Source: Gemmatimonadota bacterium (GTDB taxonomy: Bacteria; Gemmatimonadota; Gemmatimonadetes; Gemmatimonadales; GWC2-71-9). Taken from it: DNA of 53,832 nt. Each line of letters begins with the position of its first letter. The stretch's first letter is position 1. Positions 1 through 8,692 of this stretch are shown here, piece after piece. The notes beneath the pieces were generated by a model. It searched no databases, was not told the origin of the DNA, and worked only from the letters and a program-made list of their open reading frames with translations. The translations under genes and the position numbers were made by a program. The stretch covers positions 1 through 53,832 of the forward strand of contig JBGPVE010000001.1 in NCBI GenBank assembly GCA_041491545.1, in the 5' to 3' direction.

Positions 1-1245
1 CGGACGCTGCTCAAGAAAATGGTCGAGCTGTTCCCCTCGCCGGCGGAGCTGGCACCGCCGGTCGCGGCTCCGCTCGTCGGCCGCGTCTTCAAGACCGTCT
101 CGGAACCCCACGTGGGCGACGTCACCTTCTTCCGGCTCTACACCGGCCAGCTCAAGAACGGTGACGAAGTCTGGAACGCCGAACACGAGGTGGCGGAAAA
201 GCTGAATCACCTGTCGATCCAACAGGGGAAGGAGCGGGTCGAGGTGGAACAGCTCTGCGCCGGCGATATCGGCTCGGTGGCCAAGCTCCGCGACACTCAC
301 ACCAACGACACCTTCTGCCAGCGCGATCATCCGGTTCAGTTGCCGCCAATTCCCTTCCCGGAGGCGGTGGCAACCGCGGCGGTGGTGGTACGCCAGCGCG
401 GGGAGGAGGACAAGCTGGCCGCCGGCCTCCACAAGATCCACGAAGAAGATCCGACCTTCCACTTCGAGTACAGCTCGGAGCTGGGTCAGACGCTCATTCA
501 CGGTATGGGCGAACGGCACTTCGAGACCGTGCTGGGCCGCCTCGCGCGAAAATTCGGCGTGCATGCCGAGCTGGTGCGGCCGAAGATCGCCTATCGGGAG
601 ACCATCAAGGGGAAGGCCGAAGGCCAGGGAAAGCACAAGAAGCAGAGCGGCGGACGCGGGCAATACGGCGATTGCTGGATCCGCATCGCCCCCCTACCGC
701 GCGGCGGAGGCTACGAATTCGAGGACGCCATCGTGGGCGGGGTGATCCCGAACAAATACATTCCGGCGGTCGATCGCGGTGTGCGGGAAGCGGCGGAGCG
801 GGGGATCACGGCTGGATTTCCGGTCGTGGATTTCAAGGTCGAATGCTACGACGGTTCCTATCACGACGTGGACTCCAACGAAATGTCATTCAAGATGGCC
901 GGCATTCTGGCGTTCCGAAACGTCGCGCCGCGGGCCAAGCCGATTCTGCTGGAGCCGCTGCTCGACGTCGACGTCTGGACGCCCGAGGACGTACTGGGGG
1001 ACGTCATGGGCGATCTCAGCGCCCGCCGCGGCCACATCCTCGGCACCGAGCGGGATGGCCGCCTTACCAGGGTTCGCGCCATCGTGCCGGAGGCCGAGCT
1101 GTACAAGTACTCCACGACGCTCCATTCGATCACGCACGGCCGCGCCACCCACCGGCAGCGATTGCACGGCTACGCCGAGGCGCCGCCCGAAGTGGCCGCG
1201 AAGGTGGCCGAGGAGAATCAGCGCGAGCCGGCTGCGGCGTCCTGA
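1..1245 (+). CDS. fusA: Elongation factor G family GTPase, C-terminal part (5' end outside window)
   Basis: The frame is open from base 1. The translation shows EF-G domain II-V character (VGRVFKT...GDVTFFRLYTGQLKNGD, KIAYRETI, GGRGQYGDCWIRIAP, GFPVVDFKVECYDGSYHDVDS). Whether this is the canonical or a paralogous EF-G cannot be told. Confidence 0.85.
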   Translation, partial: RTLLKKMVELFPSPAELAPPVAAPLVGRVFKTVSEPHVGDVTFFRLYTGQLKNGDEVWNAEHEVAEKLNHLSIQQGKERVEVEQLCAGDIGSVAKLRDTHTNDTFCQRDHPVQLPPIPFPEAVATAAVVVRQRGEEDKLAAGLHKIHEEDPTFHFEYSSELGQTLIHGMGERHFETVLGRLARKFGVHAELVRPKIAYRETIKGKAEGQGKHKKQSGGRGQYGDCWIRIAPLPRGGGYEFEDAIVGGVIPNKYIPAVDRGVREAAERGITAGFPVVDFKVECYDGSYHDVDSNEMSFKMAGILAFRNVAPRAKPILLEPLLDVDVWTPEDVLGDVMGDLSARRGHILGTERDGRLTRVRAIVPEAELYKYSTTLHSITHGRATHRQRLHGYAEAPPEVAAKVAEENQREPAAAS

Positions 1246-1263
1246 TGCCGCGCGTGGTGCCGG

Positions 1264-2265
1264 TCATTCTCCGATCGTCTCCCACTCCCGCTCGAAGCGC
1301 GCGAGGAATTCAGTGGCACCGAGCGCGTGGAAATCGGACGCGGCGGACCGTCGCCACTGCTCGGCCATATCCTGGTTTCCGCGCGCTTTGCTGGCGAGCG
1401 CGGCCACCACGGCAGCTTCGGCGGCAAGCAGCGCGCTGCCATGCTGCTCCGCCGCGCGATGGGCGGCCTCCGCCTCCTTCAGCGCCCGGTCGAATTCGCC
1501 CTCGCACAGCGCAAGCAGCGCATCGACCCGCCGCACTTCGGCGGCGCCGATCTCGTCTCCGGTCCCCGCGGCCAGCTGCTGCGCCCGTTCCAGCTCCTGG
1601 CGCGCCACCGCGAAATTGCTGCGGGCGATGCTGAGCTCGGCCCGGCCACTCAGCGCGAGTGCGAGGAGCGACGGGTCGTCGACCAGCTCCGCGTGCCGAA
1701 TCGCCTGCCGCACCACGTTCTCCGCGTTTCGCCATTCTTCGGCCTGCCGGAAGATCATTCCGAGATTGTGATAGGTCTCGGCCATCCCGCGGCGATCCCC
1801 CAGCCGCTGATAGGCGATGAGCGCCGTGCGATAGAGCGGAGCCGCCTCGTCTTTGCGTCCCTGGAGATACGCCACCGACGCCAGATTGTTCGCGGCGCGC
1901 GCGGCCATGAGGGTGTCGTCGAGCTGGCGGGCCAGCCCCAGCGCTTCCGCAAAGTACCGATCGGCCTCGCTCAGTCGGCCCCGCTCGAACTCGATGGCGC
2001 CGAGGAGGTTGAGGGCGCGCATCCGGCCGTCCGCGTCCGCCCTCGTGCCGAATGTGCCGAGAGCCTCGGCGGCGAGTCCCGAGCCCAGCCCGAGCTGGCC
2101 GAGTCGCGTCGCGGCCGTCGCCCCGAGCAGCGTCACGTCCGCGCGCCGGCCCAGCGGGCTCGCAGCGACCTGTCGATACAGGTCGACTGCGTCCTGAAAC
2201 CGCCCGTTGCGCACCAGCTCGCGCAAGGCGTGGGTGGGTTCGTCGGCGAACGTGGGTGAGGTCAC
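1264..2265 (-). CDS. TPR-repeat protein
   Basis: GTG start at 2265. Repeated Ala/Leu/Tyr helical-pair pattern (AEALGLARQL, AANNLASVAYLQGRKDEAAPLYRTALIAYQRLGD, AETYHNLGMIF). Last gene of a same-strand cluster. Confidence 0.7.
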   Translation of the reverse strand: MTSPTFADEPTHALRELVRNGRFQDAVDLYRQVAASPLGRRADVTLLGATAATRLGQLGLGSGLAAEALGTFGTRADADGRMRALNLLGAIEFERGRLSEADRYFAEALGLARQLDDTLMAARAANNLASVAYLQGRKDEAAPLYRTALIAYQRLGDRRGMAETYHNLGMIFRQAEEWRNAENVVRQAIRHAELVDDPSLLALALSGRAELSIARSNFAVARQELERAQQLAAGTGDEIGAAEVRRVDALLALCEGEFDRALKEAEAAHRAAEQHGSALLAAEAAVVAALASKARGNQDMAEQWRRSAASDFHALGATEFLARFEREWETIGE

Positions 2266-2282
2266 GCAGCTATCTCCAACGC

Positions 2283-2879
2283 TCAGTACGCAATGGCGAA
2301 GCGGCTGAATCCCCGCAGCTTCGCCTCCACTTCCTTCTGATCCTTGATCACGGCCGAGCCCAGCTGGGTGAAGAGATCGCCCGGCTTCTCCTGCACCCAG
2401 ATCGCGATCTTTTGCTCGACATCGGTGTCGACTCCCTCGGCCTCGGCATACTCGAGCCTCAGCTCCGCCGGGGAACCCGGGCTGAACTTGAGCCCGCTCG
2501 GCTCGAGCCGGACCAGAACCTGAGTCGGATCGTCGATGGCCATCGTGATGTCGACACAGTCGCCGACCGCAAACGGCGTCCCGTCGGGCCGGGTCAACAG
2601 GGAGTTGCCACCGATCTTGAGCTTGGCGAAATCCTCTGTTTCACCGCCACTTCCCTGGGCGTAGGAGAGCCGTCCTTCCGCGTCCTGACCCTTGCACGCC
2701 GTGAACGTCGTGCTGCTCGCGGCGAGCGGCGGCGCGGTGGCGGGTATCTTGAGGATGGTCAACTCGGCCGGAGGCTTGACCGGTGGAGGCGTCGGCGGCC
2801 CCGCCGAGTCGGAGCAGGCCGCGCCGAGCGCCAGGAGCAGGGCGAGCAGCGCCGTTCGGGTCGTCAGAGGCATTGGCAT
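2283..2879 (-). CDS. Hypothetical lipoprotein
   Basis: N-terminal signal with lipobox (LLLALGAAC-SD). Good third-position GC bias. No recognisable catalytic motif. Confidence 0.6.
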   Translation of the reverse strand: MPMPLTTRTALLALLLALGAACSDSAGPPTPPPVKPPAELTILKIPATAPPLAASSTTFTACKGQDAEGRLSYAQGSGGETEDFAKLKIGGNSLLTRPDGTPFAVGDCVDITMAIDDPTQVLVRLEPSGLKFSPGSPAELRLEYAEAEGVDTDVEQKIAIWVQEKPGDLFTQLGSAVIKDQKEVEAKLRGFSRFAIAY

Positions 2880-2902
2880 CGGTCGTTATCTCCAAACACA
2901 GG

Positions 2903-4276
2903 TCAGACTTCGTCGCTCGACCCATCGAGTAGGCGCTGCAATCGCGGTCGTGAAATGCCCAGGCGCCTCGCGGCCTCGCTCTTATTGCCGGCGGTCAGCT
3001 CCAGCATGCGCGCAGCGGCAGCCCGGGCGACCGTCGCGAGATCGGCAGGAAAAGGCAGCGTCCGCGGCGCGGCACCGCCTGCTGGCGGCTCCGCCGGCGC
3101 GGCAAACTCGTCCCACCGGAGCGTTCCTGGCGGCGAGAGCACGAGCGCGCGCTCGATCGCATTCCGCAGCTCTCGCACGTTGCCGGGCCAGCGATGTGCC
3201 CGAAGCGCGGCGCGAGCCTCCGGCGTGAGCGGCGGCACCGGCAGGCCATAACTGGTCGCAAGCCGGGCGATGAACGTTTCGGCCAGAAGGTCGATGTCGC
3301 CATCGCGCTCTCTGAGCGGCGGCAGCGTGAGCGCCACGACGTTGAGCCGATAGTAGAGATCCTCGCGGAACTCGCCTTGCCGCACGGCGGTGGCGAGATC
3401 GACATGGGTGGCGCCGATCACGCGCACGTCGACTCGGCGCGCGGCTTGGCCGCCCACTCGCCGGATCTCGCGGCCCTCGAGCGCCCGCAGCAGCTTGGGC
3501 TGAAGCTCGATCGGGAGATTTCCCACCTCATCGAGAAAGAGCGTCCCGCCGTGCGCCAGCTCGAACAGGCCCGGTTTCGCGGCGATCGCGCCGGTGAACG
3601 CGCCCTTCTCGTGGCCGAACAGCTCGCTCTCGAGCAGCGTGGCCGGAATCGCGGCGCAGTTGATTTCGACGAACGGCGCCGCGGCCCGCGGGCTGTTGTA
3701 GTGAATCGCCCGCGCGAGCAGCTCTTTGCCGGTGCCGGTCTCGCCGCCGATGAGGACGGTGACGTCCGAATGCGGCGCGACCCGACTGGCCTGCTCCAGG
3801 GTACGATGGAGCGCCGGGCTGCGGCCGAGGATCGACTCGAAGCCCGCCGTCCGGCGCTCGGCATCGGCAAAGCGGGCCGCGTCGCGGAGCCCGCGGGCCT
3901 CGCGCACCTCGCGCTCCAACGAGCGGCGCAGGAGGTCCAGATCGTCGGGCAGCGCGAAGTAGTCCTGCGCGCCGCGCTGCACGGCGGAGGCCGCGAGCCG
4001 GTGGTCGGTTGACGCCCCGACCAGGAAAACAGGCGCGCTCGAGGCGGGCAGATCTCCCACGATATCCAATCCTCTTCCCTCCTCACCGCCAGCGAGCAGA
4101 AGCACAAGCGCGGCACCGGCGGGGGGTGATTCCCCCCCCGCCGGTGCCCATTCGAGCAGGTCCACCCCAATCTCAGCTGCGAGGTCGGCCATGGCCGATC
4201 GGAAGCTATCGGAGAGACGGACTAGCGCGATCCAGGTCGAATCAGCCGTGGTGGCCGTGATCGTCCTCCCCATCAT
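2903..4276 (-). CDS. Sigma54-dependent transcriptional activator (bEBP) with degenerate receiver-like N-terminal domain
   Basis: AAA+ core has Walker A GETGTGKE and the sigma54-contact motif ESELFGHEKGAFTGA. C-terminal Fis-type HTH (GNKSEAARRLGISRPRLQRLL). The start is uncertain: Met candidates lie at 4297, 4276, 4273 and 4192. The upstream gene stops at 4242, so longer forms overlap it. Confidence 0.85.
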   Translation of the reverse strand: MMGRTITATTADSTWIALVRLSDSFRSAMADLAAEIGVDLLEWAPAGGESPPAGAALVLLLAGGEEGRGLDIVGDLPASSAPVFLVGASTDHRLAASAVQRGAQDYFALPDDLDLLRRSLEREVREARGLRDAARFADAERRTAGFESILGRSPALHRTLEQASRVAPHSDVTVLIGGETGTGKELLARAIHYNSPRAAAPFVEINCAAIPATLLESELFGHEKGAFTGAIAAKPGLFELAHGGTLFLDEVGNLPIELQPKLLRALEGREIRRVGGQAARRVDVRVIGATHVDLATAVRQGEFREDLYYRLNVVALTLPPLRERDGDIDLLAETFIARLATSYGLPVPPLTPEARAALRAHRWPGNVRELRNAIERALVLSPPGTLRWDEFAAPAEPPAGGAAPRTLPFPADLATVARAAAARMLELTAGNKSEAARRLGISRPRLQRLLDGSSDEV

Positions 4277-5135
4277 GGTTTTCATCTTCGAATGCATGGA
4301 AGGAGCGTTGGATATTCTGCCGCACGACGGTCTCGTTCGGCTGACCGGGGTTGGCCGTCGACGGATCGACCAGCCCACCCGTACCGTTGCCGAACCAGCC
4401 GTTCAGATCGACGAAGATCGTGAGGTCGGTCGCACCGGCCTGCGCTACCGCGAGAGGAGGCGAGAGATCGAGCTCTTGCTCCGCGGTCATGTTGCTGGTG
4501 AAGGTAAAGGGCGTTCCATTCCAGGTGCCCTCGACCCGAATGCTCACGCCGTCGAAGGTCGGGTTGGCCTGAAGGAAGGTCACGTCGTTCGCGCCTTCGG
4601 GCTTGTGAAGCTGGAACTCGACCTTGTCGTAGGTTCCGGCGTCCAGGCTGACCGACAGCGACTGCTGGGCTCCCGCGACGCCCACCGGCACGTCGAGGAG
4701 GACCGGCCCGACCTTCAGCTCCTCGCAGCCATCGGCATGACCGTCGTGGCCCTCGGCGTCGCCCGACTCGGCTTCACCGCTGCCGCTGTTGCCGCTTCCA
4801 GCATCGCCGCCGGTGTTGGCCTGGTCCGCGGCGGGCGGCGTCGAGTTGCCACAGACGCTCGCCGCGGCGTCCGATCGCTTGAGCTCGATCTTGCGCAGCA
4901 CGAGCTGCGCTTTTGTCAGGACCAGCGTGTTGGTGCCGTCAGTGAACGTCCCAGGTGTCGGCGATGTGACATCGAACGACGCCAGCCGAGCCGTCGCCGG
5001 CGTACGAGCCTGGCTCGCGAGGCTGAGGCTCACCTGGCCCTGCGAACCGAGGCCGGTCGTGCTGTCGCCACTGCAGGCGGCGAGACCCATTACGCCGAGG
5101 GCGATGGCCGCGGTAAGCGCGCGCATGGACTGCAT
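4242..5135 (-). CDS. Secreted lipoprotein with His/Asp-rich C-terminus (possibly DUF4382-like)
   Basis: Signal plus lipobox (VMGLAAC-SGD). Beta-rich body. The C-terminus is HAFEDENHDGEDDHGHHG. GGAG lies 8 nt before the ATG at 5135. Confidence 0.65.
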   Translation of the reverse strand: MQSMRALTAAIALGVMGLAACSGDSTTGLGSQGQVSLSLASQARTPATARLASFDVTSPTPGTFTDGTNTLVLTKAQLVLRKIELKRSDAAASVCGNSTPPAADQANTGGDAGSGNSGSGEAESGDAEGHDGHADGCEELKVGPVLLDVPVGVAGAQQSLSVSLDAGTYDKVEFQLHKPEGANDVTFLQANPTFDGVSIRVEGTWNGTPFTFTSNMTAEQELDLSPPLAVAQAGATDLTIFVDLNGWFGNGTGGLVDPSTANPGQPNETVVRQNIQRSFHAFEDENHDGEDDHGHHG

Positions 5136-5181
5136 GGTCGAACTCCATGAGAGGGTGAGAAGGTGCTGCTCACCACTCTTA

Positions 5182-5197
5182 TGGCAAGGTAGATACC
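5182..5197 (-). promoter_or_regulatory. Candidate sigma54 -24/-12 promoter element
   Basis: The minus strand reads cGGTATCTACCTTGCc. The GG-N10-GC spacing is identical to consensus TGGCAC-N5-TTGC and the TTGC is intact. It lies about 45-50 nt upstream of the ATG at 5135, in an operon that encodes a sigma54 activator. Confidence 0.3.
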
Positions 5198-5293
5198 GCC
5201 GAGTTGTAATGCATTAAGTTGTTGGTTTAAATTGCTTTATGCTACTATCGCCGCTCCTGGGCGCACCGGGCACCAGCACGAAATAATACATGG

Positions 5294-5310
5294 TGTAACG
5301 CTGCGTTACA
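5294..5310. promoter_or_regulatory. Perfect 17-bp palindrome TGTAACGC-T-GCGTTACA (candidate activator/operator site)
   Basis: Read directly from the sequence. It is centred about 105 nt upstream of the candidate -24/-12 element (minus direction) and about 70 nt upstream of the ATG at 5375 (plus direction). An AT-rich stretch (about 5200-5250) lies between. Confidence 0.35.
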
Positions 5311-5374
5311 GAGGCACTGCCATTCCTTTCCTCTATATGGCTTACCGGCGCCGGGCCGGGGCAGGGGTGAATCC

Positions 5375-6994
5375 ATGCGGTACCGACCATTGGCTGGGTT
5401 AGGTCTCGCCCTTGTGGGACTCTTTGGCTGCCGGCAACGAACCGAGGGTCCGGCGCGGGGCGGTGGCGCAGCGCGAGACCAGCGAGCGGTGGTTGTGGTG
5501 GCGGTGGGCGAGCCCGCCAGCGTGCTGCCGCCGCTCGCCGTGGAGACTGTGGCGCGGGACATCGGCGACCTGGTATACGAGCGGCTGGCGGATCTGTCCC
5601 CCGGCCGCCCCACCATCGACGTGTCGGCCTATCGGCCTCGGCTGGCTGCCCGGTGGGAGCGGCTCGATTCACTCACCTGGCGCTTTCACCTCTCGCCCGC
5701 CGCACGCTGGGCCGACGGCACGCCGGTCACGGCCGAGGACGTGCGCTTCTCGTTCGAGGCCTTTCAGGACTCGGTGCTCGATTCCCCGGCGCGGCCGAGC
5801 CTCGCCGGTCTCTCGCGGGTGACCGCCGAAGATCCGACCACCGTCAGGGTCACGTTCAACCAGGCGTACCCGGAGCAGCTCTACGACGCGACGTACCACG
5901 TTCGCGTGCTCCCGCGGCACATTCTGGAAGGCATAGCACCGAAAGATTGGGCTCAGGACACGGCGCTCGCGCACCTCGTCGGAAGCGGCGCGTACCGCGT
6001 GGTGGAGTGGAAGCGGGGGCAGTACCTCCGGCTCCGGGCGAAGGAAGGGACCAAGGTCGACATCCGTGAGATCGTGTGGCGGTTCGCCACGGATCCGGAA
6101 GCGGCCGTCAATCTCCTGTTGAGCCACGAGGCCGATCTGATGGAGCTGGCGGCGGTGCCGGGCATGGCGGAGCGGGTCGCTCAGGACAGCGCGCTCAGGG
6201 TCGTCCGCTATCCGTCCACCGCGTACGGCTTCCTCGGATTCAACCTGGGTCCGGCGCGGCGGGGGCGGGCGCATCCGCTCCTGACCGACCGTGCCATTCG
6301 GCGTGCTCTCGCGATGGCCGTCAATCGCTCCGTGCTGGCCCGCGCCACCTTCGGCCCCGGCGCCGCCGCGCCACCGGGACCGATGTCCCGGGTGCTTTGG
6401 ATCTGGAGCGACAGCATCCACACGCTGCCCTACGACACCGCGGCTGCGCGACAACTCCTGGATTCGGCCGGCTGGCGTGTGAGTGCCGACGGCGTCCGGC
6501 GCCACGAAGGCACGCCACTCGGCTTCGACATTCTCGTCCCGGCCACGAGCACGACGCGCCGGCAGCTCGCTACCGCGCTACAGGAGGCGTGGCGGACGGT
6601 GGGCGCAAAGGTGACTGTAACGACCGTGGACTTTCCGGTCTTTCAGGAACGATTGGGGCAGGGAAAGTTCGATGCGTACATCGGCGCGTGGCTGGACGAG
6701 CCGAGCCCGCGGGGCCTGTCCGACCAGTGGACGCGCGCGGGATGGCGCGGGATCAACTACGGTCACTACGCGAATGCGCGCTTCGATTCGCTGTTCACTC
6801 GCGCGGGCCGCGCCCAGGACCCGGCGGCCGCGACGCCGCTGTATCGCGAGGCGATGGACACCCTGAACGCGGACGCGCCGGCGATCTTTCTCTACACGCC
6901 GGCCAACTCCGCCGCGGCGAGTCGGCGACTCGAGGGCGTGGAAATCGATCCGTACAGCTGGCTCAGCTCGCTGCCACGCTGGACGGTGCGCTGA
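5375..6994 (+). CDS. ABC transporter substrate-binding lipoprotein, family 5 (peptide/nickel type)
   Basis: Lipobox LVGLFGC. The length and motifs are typical of DppA/OppA-like SBPs (WRFHLSPAARWADGTPVTAEDVRFSFE, YLRLRA). No permease or ATPase genes are adjacent. Confidence 0.85.
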   Translation: MRYRPLAGLGLALVGLFGCRQRTEGPARGGGAARDQRAVVVVAVGEPASVLPPLAVETVARDIGDLVYERLADLSPGRPTIDVSAYRPRLAARWERLDSLTWRFHLSPAARWADGTPVTAEDVRFSFEAFQDSVLDSPARPSLAGLSRVTAEDPTTVRVTFNQAYPEQLYDATYHVRVLPRHILEGIAPKDWAQDTALAHLVGSGAYRVVEWKRGQYLRLRAKEGTKVDIREIVWRFATDPEAAVNLLLSHEADLMELAAVPGMAERVAQDSALRVVRYPSTAYGFLGFNLGPARRGRAHPLLTDRAIRRALAMAVNRSVLARATFGPGAAAPPGPMSRVLWIWSDSIHTLPYDTAAARQLLDSAGWRVSADGVRRHEGTPLGFDILVPATSTTRRQLATALQEAWRTVGAKVTVTTVDFPVFQERLGQGKFDAYIGAWLDEPSPRGLSDQWTRAGWRGINYGHYANARFDSLFTRAGRAQDPAAATPLYREAMDTLNADAPAIFLYTPANSAAASRRLEGVEIDPYSWLSSLPRWTVR

Positions 6995-7010
6995 GGGTCA
7001 GCGGATCCGG

Positions 7011-8174
7011 CTACGCTGGGTTCGGCTTGGTTTTCGGCGGCCGCTTACCGCGCCGAGGCTCGAAGGTTTCCCGCAGATAGTATTCGGGCTCCACGGCGCC
7101 CACCGTGGCGGCGACCCGCTCTTGCGGCTGCTTGTAGACATAGCGCTGGCCGCGGAAATTCCGGAGCACGACCTCGTCTTCGTTGATGCTCTCGACGTAA
7201 TCGGGCAACAGCGGGATCTTGCCGCCGCCGCCCGGCGCGTCGATCACGTAGTACGGCACCGCCAGCCCGCTGGTCCAGCCGCGCAGCGCCTTCATGATCT
7301 CGAGGCCCTTCTCGATGGGCACGCGGAAGTGTTCCCCACCAGCCACCAGATCCGCCTGATAGATGTAGTAGGGCCGGACCCGGGCCATGAGCAGCCGCTG
7401 CATGAGCAGCTTCATGACTTCGGGATCGTCGTTCACTCCTTTGAGCAGCACCGTCTGACAGCCGAGTGGAATGCCGGCGTCGGCCAGCATGCCGAGCGCC
7501 TTCACGGCGGCGGGAGTCAGCTCGTCGGGGTGGTTGAAGTGCGTATTGATGAACAGCGGATGAAACTGCCGAAGCGTGGCGCAAAGCTCGGGTGTGATCC
7601 GCTCCGGCAGGTGGCACGGTACCCGGCTGCCGATACGGATGATTTGCAGATGGGGGATCGCGCGGAGCCGGGTGAGGATCACTTCGAGCCGCCGGTCGTT
7701 CAGGAGCAGCGGATCGCCACCCGACATGATGACGTCCCGGATCTCGCTGTGCTCCTCGAGATAGCGGAACGCCGACTCGAACTGCGACATCGGGATTTTT
7801 TCGGGATCGCCCACCTTGCGGCGCCGAGTGCAGAAGCGGCAATAGCTGGCGCAGACCGGCGAGACGAGGAATAGCGCCCGGTCGGGATAGCGATGAGTGA
7901 TGTTGGGGACGGGGCTGTCGGCGTCCTCGCTCAGCGAGTCGACGATGCCGTCCACCACGTCGAGCTCCTCGACCGTCGGCACGTACTGCCGCCAGATCGG
8001 ATCGTCAGGCGACTTGATGATGTCGACCATCGCCGGTGAGATCCGGAACTCGAAGTTGTCCGCGGCTTGGCGCAGCCGATCCAGCTCGGGAAAGTTCTCG
8101 GAGCCGAATTTGGCCGCGAGCGCTTCGACCGATGCGAGGGACCGTTTCCGTAAGACTTCCTGCCAAGTATCCAT
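7011..8174 (-). CDS. kamA: KamA-family radical SAM lysine 2,3-aminomutase
   Basis: Radical SAM cluster motif CASYCRFCTRR. A Gly-rich PLP-lysine motif (DAPGGGGKIPL) is conserved. GGAGGA SD lies about 13 nt before the ATG. Lys/Pro-rich C-terminal tail. Confidence 0.9.
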   Translation of the reverse strand: MDTWQEVLRKRSLASVEALAAKFGSENFPELDRLRQAADNFEFRISPAMVDIIKSPDDPIWRQYVPTVEELDVVDGIVDSLSEDADSPVPNITHRYPDRALFLVSPVCASYCRFCTRRRKVGDPEKIPMSQFESAFRYLEEHSEIRDVIMSGGDPLLLNDRRLEVILTRLRAIPHLQIIRIGSRVPCHLPERITPELCATLRQFHPLFINTHFNHPDELTPAAVKALGMLADAGIPLGCQTVLLKGVNDDPEVMKLLMQRLLMARVRPYYIYQADLVAGGEHFRVPIEKGLEIMKALRGWTSGLAVPYYVIDAPGGGGKIPLLPDYVESINEDEVVLRNFRGQRYVYKQPQERVAATVGAVEPEYYLRETFEPRRGKRPPKTKPNPA

Positions 8175-8197
8175 GGGGCTACGCGTCCTCCGTCTCG

Positions 8198-8692
8198 CTA
8201 GGCGGGAACAGTCAGCGCCTTGAGGTAGACGATCTGGTCGTCACCTGGAGCGTAGAAATTCTGGATGCGGGCCGCCGGCCGGTAGCCGCGGGCCTCGTAG
8301 AAAGCGCGAGTGGCGGCGTAGTCGTCGCGCCCGGCGGTTTCGACCACGATGAGCCGAGCGCGACCCGCGAGGCGTTGCTCCATCTCGCGGATGAGAGCCG
8401 TACCGACGCCGCTGCCCTGCGCGGTCGGGTCGACCGCCATCCAATAGAGATCGTAGGTGCCAAGGGTGCAGGGTGTGGGGCCCCAACAGATCCACCCGAC
8501 GAGGCGGCCGTCAAGCGCAGCGCCGAGCATAGCGTAGTCCGCCGAGCCCGCCGCCGCCGCGTCGAAGACTTCGAGCGCCACGGGGATCTCGTCCTCCCGG
8601 AAGACCGCGACCGCGCGGGTGATCGTCTCGATCCGGCCGCGGTCGGCGGCCGTGAGACTGCGGAGTGTCGGTCGGGTCAGCGTTCGAGTCAG
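8198..8692 (-). CDS. GNAT-family N-acetyltransferase (start codon unresolved)
   Basis: Acetyl-CoA motif QGSGVGTALIREMEQRL. The ORF track starts at GTG 8581. The frame stays open up to the ATP-grasp stop and encodes a GNAT-like beta1/alpha1 (LRSLTAADRGRIETITRAV). No ATG, GTG or TTG occurs there. A CTG overlaps the upstream TGA (CTGA at 8689-8692). Confidence 0.7.
   Translation of the reverse strand: MTRTLTRPTLRSLTAADRGRIETITRAVAVFREDEIPVALEVFDAAAAGSADYAMLGAALDGRLVGWICWGPTPCTLGTYDLYWMAVDPTAQGSGVGTALIREMEQRLAGRARLIVVETAGRDDYAATRAFYEARGYRPAARIQNFYAPGDDQIVYLKALTVPA

Noticed and set aside
672-1771. 320-aa and 330-aa plus-strand ORFs overlapping EF-G and the TPR gene
   Set aside because: They are alternative frames with Arg/Pro/Ser-rich translations. 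They are fully explained by EF-G (frame 1) and by the antisense of the TPR gene.
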